Positions 43,428-53,042 are shown, counted from the stretch's first letter. The stretch is 57,301 nucleotides of DNA from Actinomycetota bacterium (GCA_039194665.1 JBCCVW010000001.1:1-57301), one strand, 5' to 3'. Program-made: numbers and translations. The notes: a model not told the origin generated them from the sequence alone.

Positions 43428-45926
43428 ATGTTCGTCCTGCTCGCGCTTCATCTCGTCGTCGGCGTTTCGATCATCGCTGCCGGTCGCGTCCTGGGGCGAC
43501 GTGCGTTCCTCGTCGCGGCGATTCCGGCTGTCGCGATGTGTGGGTATGCCATCGTCCACGCGGGTGGGGTGCTCGACGGCACACCGGTGACCGAGTCGTA
43601 CACCTGGATCTCCGGCCTCGACTTGGCGATCGACCTCCGGCTCGACGCGTTTGCGTTGGCGATGGTCGCGCTCGTGTCGGGGATCGGGGTGCTCATCTGC
43701 GTGTACTCGCTCGGCTACTTCGCCGAACATCACGACGAGCGCGCCGATCACGATGACGATCACGACGATCCACCGCCGGCGATCGGCCGACTTGCGGGTG
43801 TGATGGTGTTGTTTGCCGGCTCGATGCTCGGCGTCGTGCTCACCGACCACCTGATCGCGCTGTTCATCTTCTGGGAGCTCACCTCGGTGACGTCGTTCCT
43901 ACTGATCGGCAACGACGACCGGCAGCCCCGAGCGCGCGTCGCGGCCAACCAAGCGATCTTCATCACGGGCGCCGGCGGACTGGTGCTCCTGGCCGGGTTG
44001 ATCTTGATCGGGCAGGCGGGCGGTACGTTCCGCTTGTCGGAGTTGGCCGCCAACCCGCCGACAGGCGGCCTGGTCAATGCGGGGTTGGTGTGTGTGCTGA
44101 TCGGCGCGTTCACCAAGTCGGCGCAGGCGCCGTTCAGCAGCTGGCTGCCGATGGCCATGGTCGCGCCGACCCCGATCAGCGCGTACCTGCACTCCGCAAC
44201 GATGGTCAAGGCGGGGGTGTACCTGGTCGCCCGCCTGGCGCCGCTGTTTGCGTTGGACGGGGCATGGCGTCCCCTGGTGTTGACCGTCGGTGCCGTCACG
44301 ATGGTGATCGGCGGGTTGCGGTCGATGCGTCAGCACGATCTCAAGCTGCTGTTGGCGTATGGCACCGTCAGCCAGCTCGGATTCATGATGCTGCTGTTCG
44401 GCGCCGGCGAGTATCACATCGCCGAGGCCGGCATCGTGTTGTTGCTGGCCCATGCCGCGTTCAAGGCGGCACTGTTCATGGTGGTCGGGATCATCGACCA
44501 CACCTTGGGCACGCGCGACATTCGCCATATCGGCCGTCTCGGCCCCGGCTGGCGACCCGTGTTGATCGTCGGTGTGATCAGCGCGGCGTCGATGGCCGGT
44601 GTGCCCCCGCTGCTCGGTTTCATCTCGAAAGAGAAGGCGCTCGACGGCTACCTCGAGCACGCCGATTTCACCGGTGGTACTGCCGTGCTCACCGTGATCG
44701 TGGTGGCGTCGGTGTTCACCTTCGCGTACTCGGCGCGGTTCGTGCTCGGGCTGTTCGGGATGTATCACGAAGGGCCGCTCGACGATGCGGCTGCTGACTC
44801 GCTCGATCACGGGGCCGCAGCACATCACGGTCACACGCCCACGGTGTTGTTCTGGGCACCGGCCGCGCTCTTGGCCGCGTTCACCCTTGCGGCCGGCATC
44901 GCCCCGGTCATCGTCGATCACCTCGTGGAAGCGGCGACGATTGCGCTGTACCCCGGTACCGAACCGAAGCCAGTCGAGCTGTGGTCGGGGTTCACCGCAG
45001 CGTTCGCCTTGTCGCTGGTGATCATCTGGACCGGCATTGCGCTCGCCGCAGCACGGGCACCGGTGGAGGAGTTCCAACGCCGCGCCTCCAAGATCCTTGC
45101 CCCGTTGCCCTCAGGCGAGGAGGGGTTCGTCGCGGTGCTCGCCGGAATCACCGGCACCGCGCGCCGCGTCACCGCCACGTTGCAGAACGGGTCGCTACCG
45201 ATCTACGTGGCCGTGATCGTGCTCGTCGCGATCCTCGCCCCGCTCACCGGGTTCGCCACCGCGTTCGAGTCGCTCCCCGAGTGGGTCGGCACGCCCGTTC
45301 ACGTGGTGATCGTGGTGATCATCACTGCGGCGGCGCTGGGCGCGTCGATCGTGCGGCATCGCATCGCAGCGGCATTGATGCTCGGCGCTGTCGGTTACGC
45401 GATGGCGGGCCTCTATGTCGCCCAAGGCGCACCCGACTTGGCCTTGACGCAGTTCTCGATCGAGACGCTGAGCACCGTGCTGTTCGTGCTCGTGTTGCGG
45501 TTCCTGCCGCGCTCGTGGAGCATCCGCGCCCCGGCAATCGCCAATCCGCTGCGCCTCGCCGTATCAGCGATCGTGGGCGTCGGCATCTTCATCTTCGCCA
45601 TCGTGGCGAGCGAGTCGCGCGACGACGTCCCGCAACCGTCGATGTCCGAAGAGATGGTCGACGCCGCGCTGCCGGAAGGCAAGGGCCACAACGTCGTCAA
45701 CATCATCCTCGTGGACTTCCGTGGCTGGGACACGATGGGGGAGATCAGCGTCCTCGTCGTCGCCGCCGTCGGCGCCGTCAGCCTGGCTCGCATGGGTCGC
45801 CGCCGCAGCGACAGGGATGCGCCGGTGTTCGAGGAGGAGGTCGAGGTCGGCGAAGGATCCAGCGCCGGCGAGTCGGACCCCGATGCTGCCGGCGCTGGCG
45901 CCGTGAGGCCGCGAGGTGAACGATGA
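43428..45926 (+). CDS. mrpA: Na+(K+)/H+ antiporter subunit A (Mrp/Mnh, fused A/B-type)
   Basis: 832 aa polytopic protein, NuoL-like (WLPMAMVAPTPISAYLHSATMVKAGVYL), plus a C-terminal MnhB-like domain (NVVNIILVDFRGWDTMGE). It is the first gene of a 7-gene operon with overlapping stops and starts. Confidence 0.9.
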   Translation: MFVLLALHLVVGVSIIAAGRVLGRRAFLVAAIPAVAMCGYAIVHAGGVLDGTPVTESYTWISGLDLAIDLRLDAFALAMVALVSGIGVLICVYSLGYFAEHHDERADHDDDHDDPPPAIGRLAGVMVLFAGSMLGVVLTDHLIALFIFWELTSVTSFLLIGNDDRQPRARVAANQAIFITGAGGLVLLAGLILIGQAGGTFRLSELAANPPTGGLVNAGLVCVLIGAFTKSAQAPFSSWLPMAMVAPTPISAYLHSATMVKAGVYLVARLAPLFALDGAWRPLVLTVGAVTMVIGGLRSMRQHDLKLLLAYGTVSQLGFMMLLFGAGEYHIAEAGIVLLLAHAAFKAALFMVVGIIDHTLGTRDIRHIGRLGPGWRPVLIVGVISAASMAGVPPLLGFISKEKALDGYLEHADFTGGTAVLTVIVVASVFTFAYSARFVLGLFGMYHEGPLDDAAADSLDHGAAAHHGHTPTVLFWAPAALLAAFTLAAGIAPVIVDHLVEAATIALYPGTEPKPVELWSGFTAAFALSLVIIWTGIALAAARAPVEEFQRRASKILAPLPSGEEGFVAVLAGITGTARRVTATLQNGSLPIYVAVIVLVAILAPLTGFATAFESLPEWVGTPVHVVIVVIITAAALGASIVRHRIAAALMLGAVGYAMAGLYVAQGAPDLALTQFSIETLSTVLFVLVLRFLPRSWSIRAPAIANPLRLAVSAIVGVGIFIFAIVASESRDDVPQPSMSEEMVDAALPEGKGHNVVNIILVDFRGWDTMGEISVLVVAAVGAVSLARMGRRRSDRDAPVFEEEVEVGEGSSAGESDPDAAGAGAVRPRGER

Positions 45927-46495
45927 GCGACACGCCGCATGACCAGCGCCCCGCCGCGGAGCAACAGGACGATCATCGCCACGTGTCGAGTCGGATGGTG
46001 ATCCTCGACGCCGCGTCGAAGGTGCTCTACCACTCGATCCTCGTCCTCGCGTTGTACTTCGTATTGGCTGGGCACAACCGCCCTGGTGGCGGCTTCGTCA
46101 GCGGGCTCACCGTCGGAGCCGCGGTGGCGCTGCGCTACGTCACCGGAGGTGCGGCAGCGGTACGCACCACGTTCCGCATCCCGGCGCACGTGATCCTCGG
46201 CGCGGGCCTGCTCCTGGCGGCTGGCACCGCGTTCGTGCCGCTGTTGTTCGGTGAGGCGATCCTCGAACATGCCGACGCCACGGTCAACCTGCCCTTGTTC
46301 GGCTCGGTCAAGCTGAACACGGTCATCTTGTTCGATGTTGGCGTCGACCTGGTGGTGATCGGCCTGGTGATGATGGCGTTCGCTGCCTTCGGCGACGACA
46401 ACGTTCCGCCACCGATTGCACGGCGCGATACCGATGGCAGCGCCGTCACCCGAGCCGGTACAGACCCCGAACGTGGCACGGAGGCGGCGCCATGA
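45923..46495 (+). CDS. mrpB: Na+/H+ antiporter subunit B (Mrp/Mnh)
   Basis: HSILVLALYFVLAGHNRPGGGFVSGL is the MnhB motif. There is an ATGA overlap with mrpA. The polar N-terminal extension is about 30 aa. Confidence 0.8.
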   Translation: MSDTPHDQRPAAEQQDDHRHVSSRMVILDAASKVLYHSILVLALYFVLAGHNRPGGGFVSGLTVGAAVALRYVTGGAAAVRTTFRIPAHVILGAGLLLAAGTAFVPLLFGEAILEHADATVNLPLFGSVKLNTVILFDVGVDLVVIGLVMMAFAAFGDDNVPPPIARRDTDGSAVTRAGTDPERGTEAAP

Positions 46496-46911
46496 CCGTT
46501 CTGTTCGCCTTCGCCGCCGCACTGCTGTTCGCCACGGGTACGTGGATGCTGCTGCAACGTCGTCTGTCGCGGATCCTCATCGGCGTGGGCCTGGTTGGTC
46601 ACGGATCGAACCTGTTGCTGCTCACCTCCGGCGGCCCTGGCGGCTCGGCGCCGATCATCGACACGGGCGACCCGGCGGACTTCTCCGATCCGCTCCCGCA
46701 GGCGCTCGCACTGACATCGATCGTGATCACGTTCGGCGTGACGGCGTTCCTGCTCGCCCTCGGCTACCGGAGTTGGCGGATCACCCGCGACGATCTCGTC
46801 GAGAACGATGTCGAAGACCGGTTGATCGCTCGCCAGCCCGATCGCGACGAACTCCTCGAGGAGACACTGCTCGCCGAGCAGGAGCAACGAGACGAGGAGG
46901 GGTTGGAGTGA
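46492..46911 (+). CDS. mrpC: Na+/H+ antiporter subunit C (NuoK-like)
   Basis: MTVLFAFAAALLFATGTWMLLQRRLSRILIGVGLVGHGSNLLLL, followed by an acidic C-terminal tail. There is an ATGA overlap with mrpB. Confidence 0.85.
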   Translation: MTVLFAFAAALLFATGTWMLLQRRLSRILIGVGLVGHGSNLLLLTSGGPGGSAPIIDTGDPADFSDPLPQALALTSIVITFGVTAFLLALGYRSWRITRDDLVENDVEDRLIARQPDRDELLEETLLAEQEQRDEEGLE

Positions 46912-48419
46912 CCGACCTCATCCCGCTCGTGGTCATCGTGCCGCTGTTGGCGGCCGCGCTGTGTGTCATCTTCGCGCGCCACCGCCGGGTGCAGCGGGTG
47001 ATCTCGCTCGTCGCGCTGACGTCCAACGTCGTCACGGCGATCATCTTGTTGATCGAGGTCGACGATGAGGGAATCCTCGTGACCCAGGCGGGCGGATGGC
47101 GGGTGCCGATCGGCATCACGTTGATGGTCGACCGGCTCTCGGCGGTGATGCTCGTCGTGTCGTCGCTGATGCTGATCTCGGTGATGGTGTACGCCATCGG
47201 CCTCGGCGACGAGGAGCGGCGGTTCGCGGCGTTCCACCCGATCTACCTCGCGCTCGCCGCCGGGGTGTCCGCAAGCTTCATCACGGGCGACCTGTTCAAC
47301 CTGTTCGTGGCATTCGAAGTGATGCTGGTCGCCAGCTACGTCTTGCTCACGCTCGGCGGACGTCGCGAGCAGGTGCGCTCCGGAATGACCTACGTGATCA
47401 TCAGCTTGATCGCGTCGACGTTCTTCGTGACGGCGTTGGCCCTGCTGTACGCCGCGACCGGCACGGTCAACATGGTCCAGCTGGCCGAGCGGATGCCCGA
47501 ACTCGAAGCCGGCGTACGGCTGGGGTTCTCTCTGCTCCTCGTGGTGGTGTTCGGCATCAAGGCGGGCGTGTTCCCGCTGTTCTTCTGGCTCCCCGACAGT
47601 TACCCCACGGCGCCGGGAGCGATCACCGCCGTGTTCGCGGGACTGCTCACCAAGGTTGGTGTGTACGCCATCATCCGCAGTCAGACGCTGCTGTTTCCGC
47701 CCGACGACCGACAGGGCACGCTGCTGCTGGTGGTCGCCGCGCTGACGATGATCATTGGAGTGTTCGGCGCACTGTCGCAAGACGACCTGCGGCGCATCTT
47801 GTCGTTCCATGTGATCAGTCAGATCGGTTACATGATCTTCGGTCTGGCGATGTTCACGCTCGCGGGGATTGCTGGCGCAGTGTTCTACGTGGTGCACCAC
47901 ATCGCGGTGAAGACGTCGCTGTTCCTCGTGGCTGGGATGGTCGAATTCCGCACCGGATCGGGACGGCTGTCGCACGTCGGCGGTCTCGTGCGTTCGGCGC
48001 CGGTGGTGGCCATCCTGTTTGCCTTCCCGGCGCTGAGCCTGGCCGGCCTGCCGCCGTTCTCGGGCTTCATCGCCAAGTTTGCGCTGGTGGATGCTGGCCT
48101 CGACAAGGGCGTCTACCTCGTCGTCGTCGCCTCGTTGCTGGCCAGCCTGCTCACGGTGATGTCGATGGCCAAGATCTGGCTCGGCGTCTTCTGGGGTGAT
48201 CCCGAAGACGCACGCGTCGTCCGGCGGCTGCGCGACCCGTCGTCGCGCTCGCCGTACCTGATGGGGATCGCCACGGCAATGGTCGTCTCGATCAGCCTGG
48301 CTCTGATCGTGTTCGCCGACCCCGTGTACCAGTTCGCGGAGCGGGCCGCCGAAGAGCTGCTCGAACCGGGTCGCTACGTCGAAGCGGTGCTCGATCCTGG
48401 CGAAGGAAGCGGATCGTGA
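46908..48419 (+). CDS. mrpD: Na+/H+ antiporter subunit D (NuoN/M-like)
   Basis: The GTG 46908 start overlaps the mrpC stop (GTGA). 503 aa polytopic protein with FNLFVAFEVMLVASYVL, FWLPDSYPTAPGAITAVFAGLLTKVG and HHIAVKTSLFL. Confidence 0.9.
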   Translation: MTDLIPLVVIVPLLAAALCVIFARHRRVQRVISLVALTSNVVTAIILLIEVDDEGILVTQAGGWRVPIGITLMVDRLSAVMLVVSSLMLISVMVYAIGLGDEERRFAAFHPIYLALAAGVSASFITGDLFNLFVAFEVMLVASYVLLTLGGRREQVRSGMTYVIISLIASTFFVTALALLYAATGTVNMVQLAERMPELEAGVRLGFSLLLVVVFGIKAGVFPLFFWLPDSYPTAPGAITAVFAGLLTKVGVYAIIRSQTLLFPPDDRQGTLLLVVAALTMIIGVFGALSQDDLRRILSFHVISQIGYMIFGLAMFTLAGIAGAVFYVVHHIAVKTSLFLVAGMVEFRTGSGRLSHVGGLVRSAPVVAILFAFPALSLAGLPPFSGFIAKFALVDAGLDKGVYLVVVASLLASLLTVMSMAKIWLGVFWGDPEDARVVRRLRDPSSRSPYLMGIATAMVVSISLALIVFADPVYQFAERAAEELLEPGRYVEAVLDPGEGSGS

Positions 48420-48423
48420 ACGG

Positions 48424-49002
48424 GTGGGCGCGATGAACGGCCTCAAGCTGCCGATGCTGGTGATCTGGTTGACCCTGCTGTGGGCGATGTTGTGGGGCGA
48501 CTTCGGCATCAACAACCTGATCGCCGGGGCCGTGATCGCCTTGCTCGTGACCCTGATCGGCCGCCCGACCGGGGTCAGCGGATTCGAATCGGTCCCGTTC
48601 CGCCCGTGGTGGGTGGCGGTGTACTGCGGCTACTTCCTGTACCTGCTGGTGGTGTCGAACGTGGCCGTTGCGCGCGAGATCCTGCGCCCGCGGCCGCAAC
48701 TGGCGCGGGCGATCATTGCGGTGCCATTGCACGCAGGAACCGACGGGGTTGTCACCGTGGTGGCCAATACGATCACCCTCACACCCGGCACGTTGACGGT
48801 CGACGTTCGCCCCGGTGACGCTGCCACGGGTGAGCTCCCCGTCCTGTACGTGCACGTGCTCCAGCTCGACCGCGAGTCGGTGCTCGACAGCATCTTCCGC
48901 ATCGAGCGTCTTGCCGTTCGCGCTTATGGCACTAGGGAGCAGCTCGCTGCGGTCGACGCCGCGCACGCAGAGCGCGCCGCAGCTGCGGGAGGGGAGCGCT
49001 GA
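48424..49002 (+). CDS. mrpE: Na+/H+ antiporter subunit E
   Basis: LVIWLTLLWAMLWGDFGINNLIAGAVIALLV..TLTPGTLTVDV is the MnhE pattern. The start is GTG 48424 or ATG 48433. Confidence 0.8.
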   Translation: MGAMNGLKLPMLVIWLTLLWAMLWGDFGINNLIAGAVIALLVTLIGRPTGVSGFESVPFRPWWVAVYCGYFLYLLVVSNVAVAREILRPRPQLARAIIAVPLHAGTDGVVTVVANTITLTPGTLTVDVRPGDAATGELPVLYVHVLQLDRESVLDSIFRIERLAVRAYGTREQLAAVDAAHAERAAAAGGER

Positions 49003-49256
49003 TGGTCCTGGTCGCGGCATTCGTTCTGCTGACGATCGGCACCGCAGGGTTCTTGTTTCGGTTGTTGCGCGGGCCCACGCTCGCCGACCGGGTCGTTGGC
49101 CTGGACGGGCTGTTGTCGATCGTCGTGATTGCGATCATCGTCACCGCGGCCGAACGGGTCAGCTTCGTCACGATCGAAACGGTGCTCGTCGCCGTGCTCG
49201 TCGGTTTCGTCGGCACCGCAGCACTCGGCCGGTTCATCGAACGGAGGGGGAGCTGA
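49002..49256 (+). CDS. mrpF: Na+/H+ antiporter subunit F
   Basis: 84 aa: MVLVAAFVLLTIGTAGFLFRLLRGPTLADRVVGLD. The start overlaps the mrpE stop (TGATG). Confidence 0.85.
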   Translation: MVLVAAFVLLTIGTAGFLFRLLRGPTLADRVVGLDGLLSIVVIAIIVTAAERVSFVTIETVLVAVLVGFVGTAALGRFIERRGS

Positions 49257-49609
49257 TGGTCGACGTGATCAGTGGCACGCTCATCGTGCTCGGCTGCGCA
49301 TTCGCGGCGATCGGCGGCATCGGCACCTGGCGGTTTCCCGATGTGCTCTCCCGCATGCATGCCGCGGCCAAGGCGCCGACGCTCGGGCTCGTCCTCGTGT
49401 CGATCGGTGCGGCAGTGCGCATCGACACGCTGCTGGCGGCGACGACGTTGGCACTCGTCGTGATTCTCCAGCTGCTCACCTCACCGCTTGGTGCGCACGC
49501 GCTGAGTCGGGCGACACGCCGGCACATCGATGCGCAGGTCGACGCAGGTGTGGACGAGTTGCTCGCCGACGAGTTGGCGCTCGACGACGAAGCTGCCGAC
49601 GAGCGGTAG
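49256..49609 (+). CDS. mrpG: Na+/H+ antiporter subunit G
   Basis: MVDVISGTLIVLGCAFAAIGGIGTWRFPDVLSRMHAAAKAPTLG is the MnhG signature. ATG 49256 overlaps the mrpF stop. Confidence 0.85.
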   Translation: MVDVISGTLIVLGCAFAAIGGIGTWRFPDVLSRMHAAAKAPTLGLVLVSIGAAVRIDTLLAATTLALVVILQLLTSPLGAHALSRATRRHIDAQVDAGVDELLADELALDDEAADER

Positions 49610-49611
49610 CC

Positions 49612-50376
49612 CTACGACTCGATGATGGTGACCGAGTTGATGCGCACTTCAGCCGCTGGGATGCCCTCGAGGGTGCCCGCTGCTTCCATCTCCACCACGG
49701 TCTCGTCGAAGCCCGAGCCGACCTGACCGAACAGTGAGTACAGCGGCGGCAGAGACGCCCCATCATCGCCGGTGATGATGAAGAACTGGCTGCCGTTGGT
49801 GTTGGGACCGCTGTTGGCCATGGCGATCGACCCGATCTCGTACTCACCCTCCTGGGGCAGCTCGTCGGCGAATCGGTAGCCGGGGTTCCCGGTACCGGTG
49901 GCCGTCGGATCCCCGCACTGCACGACAAACCCCGGGATGATGCGATGACAGATCGTGTCGTCGAAGTACTTGTTGCGGGCGAGGAACACGAAGTTGTTGG
50001 TGGTCTCCGGGGCGGCCTGCGCGTCGAGGTCGATGGTGAACTCGCCAAGGTTGGTGTCGACCACCGCCTGGTACGTGGCGCCGACATCGATGCACATCGG
50101 CGGTGGGCTGTCGAACTGTTGGACCGGCTCGGTGACACCCTCGAGTGGGGGGCAACCCGCCGGCACGGCGTCGTTTGCACCCTCGGTGTCTGCGGACGTC
50201 TCGGCGGCGGAGCTGTCGGTCGAGGCGTCGATGTCGCCGACGGGTTCGTCAGTCTCTGGCGCGGCGGAATCGCCCGATGCGGTTTGTGGTGTGGCGTCGT
50301 CCGAGTCGCCGCACGCAGTCACCGCGAGGAGCGCGGCCGCCGCCAGGCCAGCGGCCACCCGGCGAGTCGTGCTCAT
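49612..50376 (-). CDS. Cyclophilin-type peptidyl-prolyl cis-trans isomerase lipoprotein
   Basis: Lipobox LLAVTACGD. Cyclophilin core FHRIIPGFVVQCGDP-like (CHRIIPGFVVQCGDPTATGTGNPGY), MANSGPNTNGSQFFI. Confidence 0.9.
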   Translation of the reverse strand: MSTTRRVAAGLAAAALLAVTACGDSDDATPQTASGDSAAPETDEPVGDIDASTDSSAAETSADTEGANDAVPAGCPPLEGVTEPVQQFDSPPPMCIDVGATYQAVVDTNLGEFTIDLDAQAAPETTNNFVFLARNKYFDDTICHRIIPGFVVQCGDPTATGTGNPGYRFADELPQEGEYEIGSIAMANSGPNTNGSQFFIITGDDGASLPPLYSLFGQVGSGFDETVVEMEAAGTLEGIPAAEVRINSVTIIES

Positions 50377-50681
50377 TCGCTCTCCTCGTCGCTTGTCGAC
50401 TCTGGCGACGACGGGGTGGTCACGGTGACCGGTGTGGTCGAGTCGGGAGTGGTCACGGTGACGGGAGACGTGACGGGCGTGGTGGTGACCACCGATGGGT
50501 TGTCGTTGTCATCGCTACCGACGATCTGACTGGCGATCCATACCAGCGCGAACACCGCGATGATCGCCGCGACCGCAATCAGTCCGATACGGACGTAGCG
50601 CTGGCGGTTCTCGGCCTGCACCTGGTCCATCTGCGCCTGCGCACGGTTGGCCTTTTGGCGTTCGCGTTTCGGGGTTCCCAC
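50373..50681 (-). CDS. Small membrane-anchored protein with a Thr/Pro/Val repeat tail (hypothetical)
   Basis: 102 aa with a basic N-terminus, a TM helix (IGLIAVAAIIAVFALVWIA), then the TPVTVTTP repeats. There is an ATGA overlap with the cyclophilin start. Confidence 0.6.
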   Translation of the reverse strand: MGTPKRERQKANRAQAQMDQVQAENRQRYVRIGLIAVAAIIAVFALVWIASQIVGSDDNDNPSVVTTTPVTSPVTVTTPDSTTPVTVTTPSSPESTSDEESE

Positions 50682-50787
50682 GAGGTCGGCACGTTAGCGG
50701 GCGTCCACCGCAATCAGTTGTCGACCCAGCCCTCAAGTCGGCCCCGTTCAGGCCGATGAACCCGTACCGACCTACACGCTCTTTCCG

Positions 50788-51759
50788 ATGACTCTCATCG
50801 CCCCGCTCGACGCAGCCTCAGACCTGAAACTGACCGGTCGCCGTGTGGCGCGCTCGGGAGGAGCCGCGCTGTGTGCCGTGGCCTTCGTGGCGTGGTTGGT
50901 ATGGCTCGCGTGGCGACTCGCAACGATGCACACCGTGGTCGGAGCAGCGGTGTTGGCGCTCGAGCTCGTCGCTGCTGCCGCCGCGTGCGCGCTGGTCGTC
51001 GGCCTGTGGCGCGCAGGTTCGCCGGCGGATGCCGCGCCGCGTGGGTCGAGTCGGCGGATGCGGACGTGGCTCGACGAGCCTGACGACGAGCGCAGTTCAG
51101 CGCGTCAGGCGTGCGCCGACGTTGCCAACGCAGTTCGTCGGACGTCCGATGCGCCACGGCCGGAGATCAGCGGCACCGACATGGTGCGTACGGTGGTCGC
51201 GACCGAGGGCCTGCGACGAGCCGCGTTCGTTGCGGCGGTGGTGATCGTGCTGCTCACGGGGCGGGTGCCGTTCGATCTCCCCCCGGTGTGGGCGACTGTC
51301 GCGCTCGGGGTCTCGGTGATCGCGCTGCCGCTCGGCCTGGGCATGCTCTCGCAATGGCACGTACGGCCCGGTGACCGGTTCTTCTGGTCACTTGCCACGA
51401 TCGGCGCAGGGCTTGGTCGGTCGTCGTCGGCGTCGGTGGTACCGGCGCGATGGACCGCGGCGATGGCCACCGTCGTCGTCCTCAACCTGGCGGTCGCCTT
51501 GCGCGGCGTGAGCGATCGCTGGACGCATGGACTCGATGCGATGTCGCGCGATGCTCGGCTTGCGGCGATGTTCGTTGCGCTCGTGGTCGCAGCGGGTGCG
51601 CTGAACACCTTGCGGACGCTCCCGCACCCCGATGTTGGTCTGTTCGGGGCGACCGGTCGCCTCGACGAGGTGACCACCCGCCGGTGGGCCCTCGGTGCCA
51701 CCGGTGCAGTCGCGGTGCTTGGCCTCGTGCTCGGTGTGTCGACACCCGGCGCCCCCTAG
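50788..51759 (+). CDS. Hypothetical polytopic membrane protein
   Basis: 323 aa with about 7 hydrophobic segments. I recognise no family. The third-position GC bias is consistent with coding. The 3' end overlaps the convergent TetR gene by 4 nt. Confidence 0.5.
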   Translation: MTLIAPLDAASDLKLTGRRVARSGGAALCAVAFVAWLVWLAWRLATMHTVVGAAVLALELVAAAAACALVVGLWRAGSPADAAPRGSSRRMRTWLDEPDDERSSARQACADVANAVRRTSDAPRPEISGTDMVRTVVATEGLRRAAFVAAVVIVLLTGRVPFDLPPVWATVALGVSVIALPLGLGMLSQWHVRPGDRFFWSLATIGAGLGRSSSASVVPARWTAAMATVVVLNLAVALRGVSDRWTHGLDAMSRDARLAAMFVALVVAAGALNTLRTLPHPDVGLFGATGRLDEVTTRRWALGATGAVAVLGLVLGVSTPGAP

Positions 51760-52418
51760 CGATTGCGCCGCGTGTGTGCGTCGGCTTGGCTCGGCGGCGA
51801 TGCTCGGTCGAGGGCGCGTGTGAACCGTTGTCTTCCCGCAACCGTCATCATCGGCAAGAGCACGACGAAGTGATGCTCGACGCCCCGTGCAACGTCTGTC
51901 CAGTCAATGTGGTCTCGCTGTTCCATTTCGCGGAGGTAGTCCATCCAGTGGCGACTGAGGATCCATAACGAGCGCGTGAACACGTGGAGGTCGACGCTCA
52001 TGTCGGCGCGCAAAAGACCCTCGTCGGCGACTCGCGAGATCAGCTCGAACAGCGCTTCGAAGTCAGCAATCAGGATCGGACTCGGCGGCACGACGTCGTC
52101 GACGTCGTTGAAGATGCCCGGATCGCGTAGCAGGAAGCGGTACGTCCACGTGAGCTCCATTCCGAACAGCAAATGGCCGACGTAGTCGTCGGCGATGTCG
52201 CCGTTGACCCGTTGAGCCAGACGATCCGCGGTCGTCGCGCGGACCGTTTCGCTCAGGTGCAGTGCGAGGTCGAGCTTGGTCGGGAAGTGGTAGGTGAGGT
52301 TGCCCTGCGAGATTCCGACGTCGTCGGCGATCTGCTGCAGCTTGGTGGCTGCGTACCCGGTCCGGTTGAACCGTCGGAGCGCGGCTGCGGCGATTCGGTC
52401 AGCGGTGGGGGAGGTCAC
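51756..52418 (-). CDS. TetR/AcrR-family transcriptional regulator
   Basis: IAAAALRRFNRTGYAATKLQQIADDVGISQGNLTYHFPTK is the HTH. GTG 52418 is chosen (220 aa). The upstream part of track ORF 51756..52952 is antisense to the SnoaL gene. Confidence 0.85.
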   Translation of the reverse strand: MTSPTADRIAAAALRRFNRTGYAATKLQQIADDVGISQGNLTYHFPTKLDLALHLSETVRATTADRLAQRVNGDIADDYVGHLLFGMELTWTYRFLLRDPGIFNDVDDVVPPSPILIADFEALFELISRVADEGLLRADMSVDLHVFTRSLWILSRHWMDYLREMEQRDHIDWTDVARGVEHHFVVLLPMMTVAGRQRFTRALDRASPPSQADAHTRRNR

Positions 52419-52460
52419 GTCGAACGACTTTCGTGTGTTGTCGATGTCACATTGCGCGTG

Positions 52461-52497
52461 TAGGTACGAAATCCTAATCTCTAGGTACGAAAACCTA
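52461..52497. promoter_or_regulatory. Twin 16-bp operator-like direct repeats in the TetR / SnoaL divergent promoter
   Basis: TAGGTACGAAATCCTA (52461-76) and TAGGTACGAAAACCTA (52482-97) are 15/16 identical, spaced 21 bp start to start, each with TAGG..CCTA inverted ends. This is the lowest-GC stretch of the neighbourhood. Confidence 0.55.
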
Positions 52498-52562
52498 GAA
52501 ACACGACGACCGTGAGAGATCACACCGTGACCGGGCGAACCGAGATCGGGGGAAGGTGTCCG

Positions 52563-53042
52563 ATGGAGACGCTCAGCATTGATGTTCAGACACTTCGTCG
52601 ACCGAGTTGGTCGGCGGAGGAGACCGCCAACGCCGAGCTGGTGGCAACGTTCGTGCACCTGCTGATGAATGAGCACGACTTCGCATCGGTGCGGGACCGT
52701 TTTCGCGCGAGCGCGTACCGCCAGCACAACCACGCCATTCGTGATGGGATCGACGGCGTGATCGACACGGTGAGCGGGCTGGTCAAACGCTTTCCGGAGT
52801 ACGGCTACGACGTCAAACACATCCTGGCGGACGACGACGTCGTGATCTTCCACTCGCATGCGACGTTGCGCGCCAAGCACCGTGGCGACGATCGCCGGGG
52901 TTTCAACATCACCGATCGCTGGCGCCTCGATGGGGGCGAGATCGTCGAGCACTGGGACTCGATCCAGCCGATGGATCGCTTTGCCCGGTCATACGTCCTG
53001 CTCACCGGCGGTCGAGTTCGGAACACCAACGGCACGTACTGA
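52563..53042 (+). CDS. SnoaL-like / NTF2-fold protein (predicted ester or polyketide cyclase family)
   Basis: 159 aa: ANAELVATFVHLLMNEHDFASVRDRF..YRQHNH..DVKHILADDDVVIFHSH..ITDRWRLDGGEIVEHWDSIQ, typical of the SnoaL_2-type fold. Confidence 0.65.
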   Translation: METLSIDVQTLRRPSWSAEETANAELVATFVHLLMNEHDFASVRDRFRASAYRQHNHAIRDGIDGVIDTVSGLVKRFPEYGYDVKHILADDDVVIFHSHATLRAKHRGDDRRGFNITDRWRLDGGEIVEHWDSIQPMDRFARSYVLLTGGRVRNTNGTY

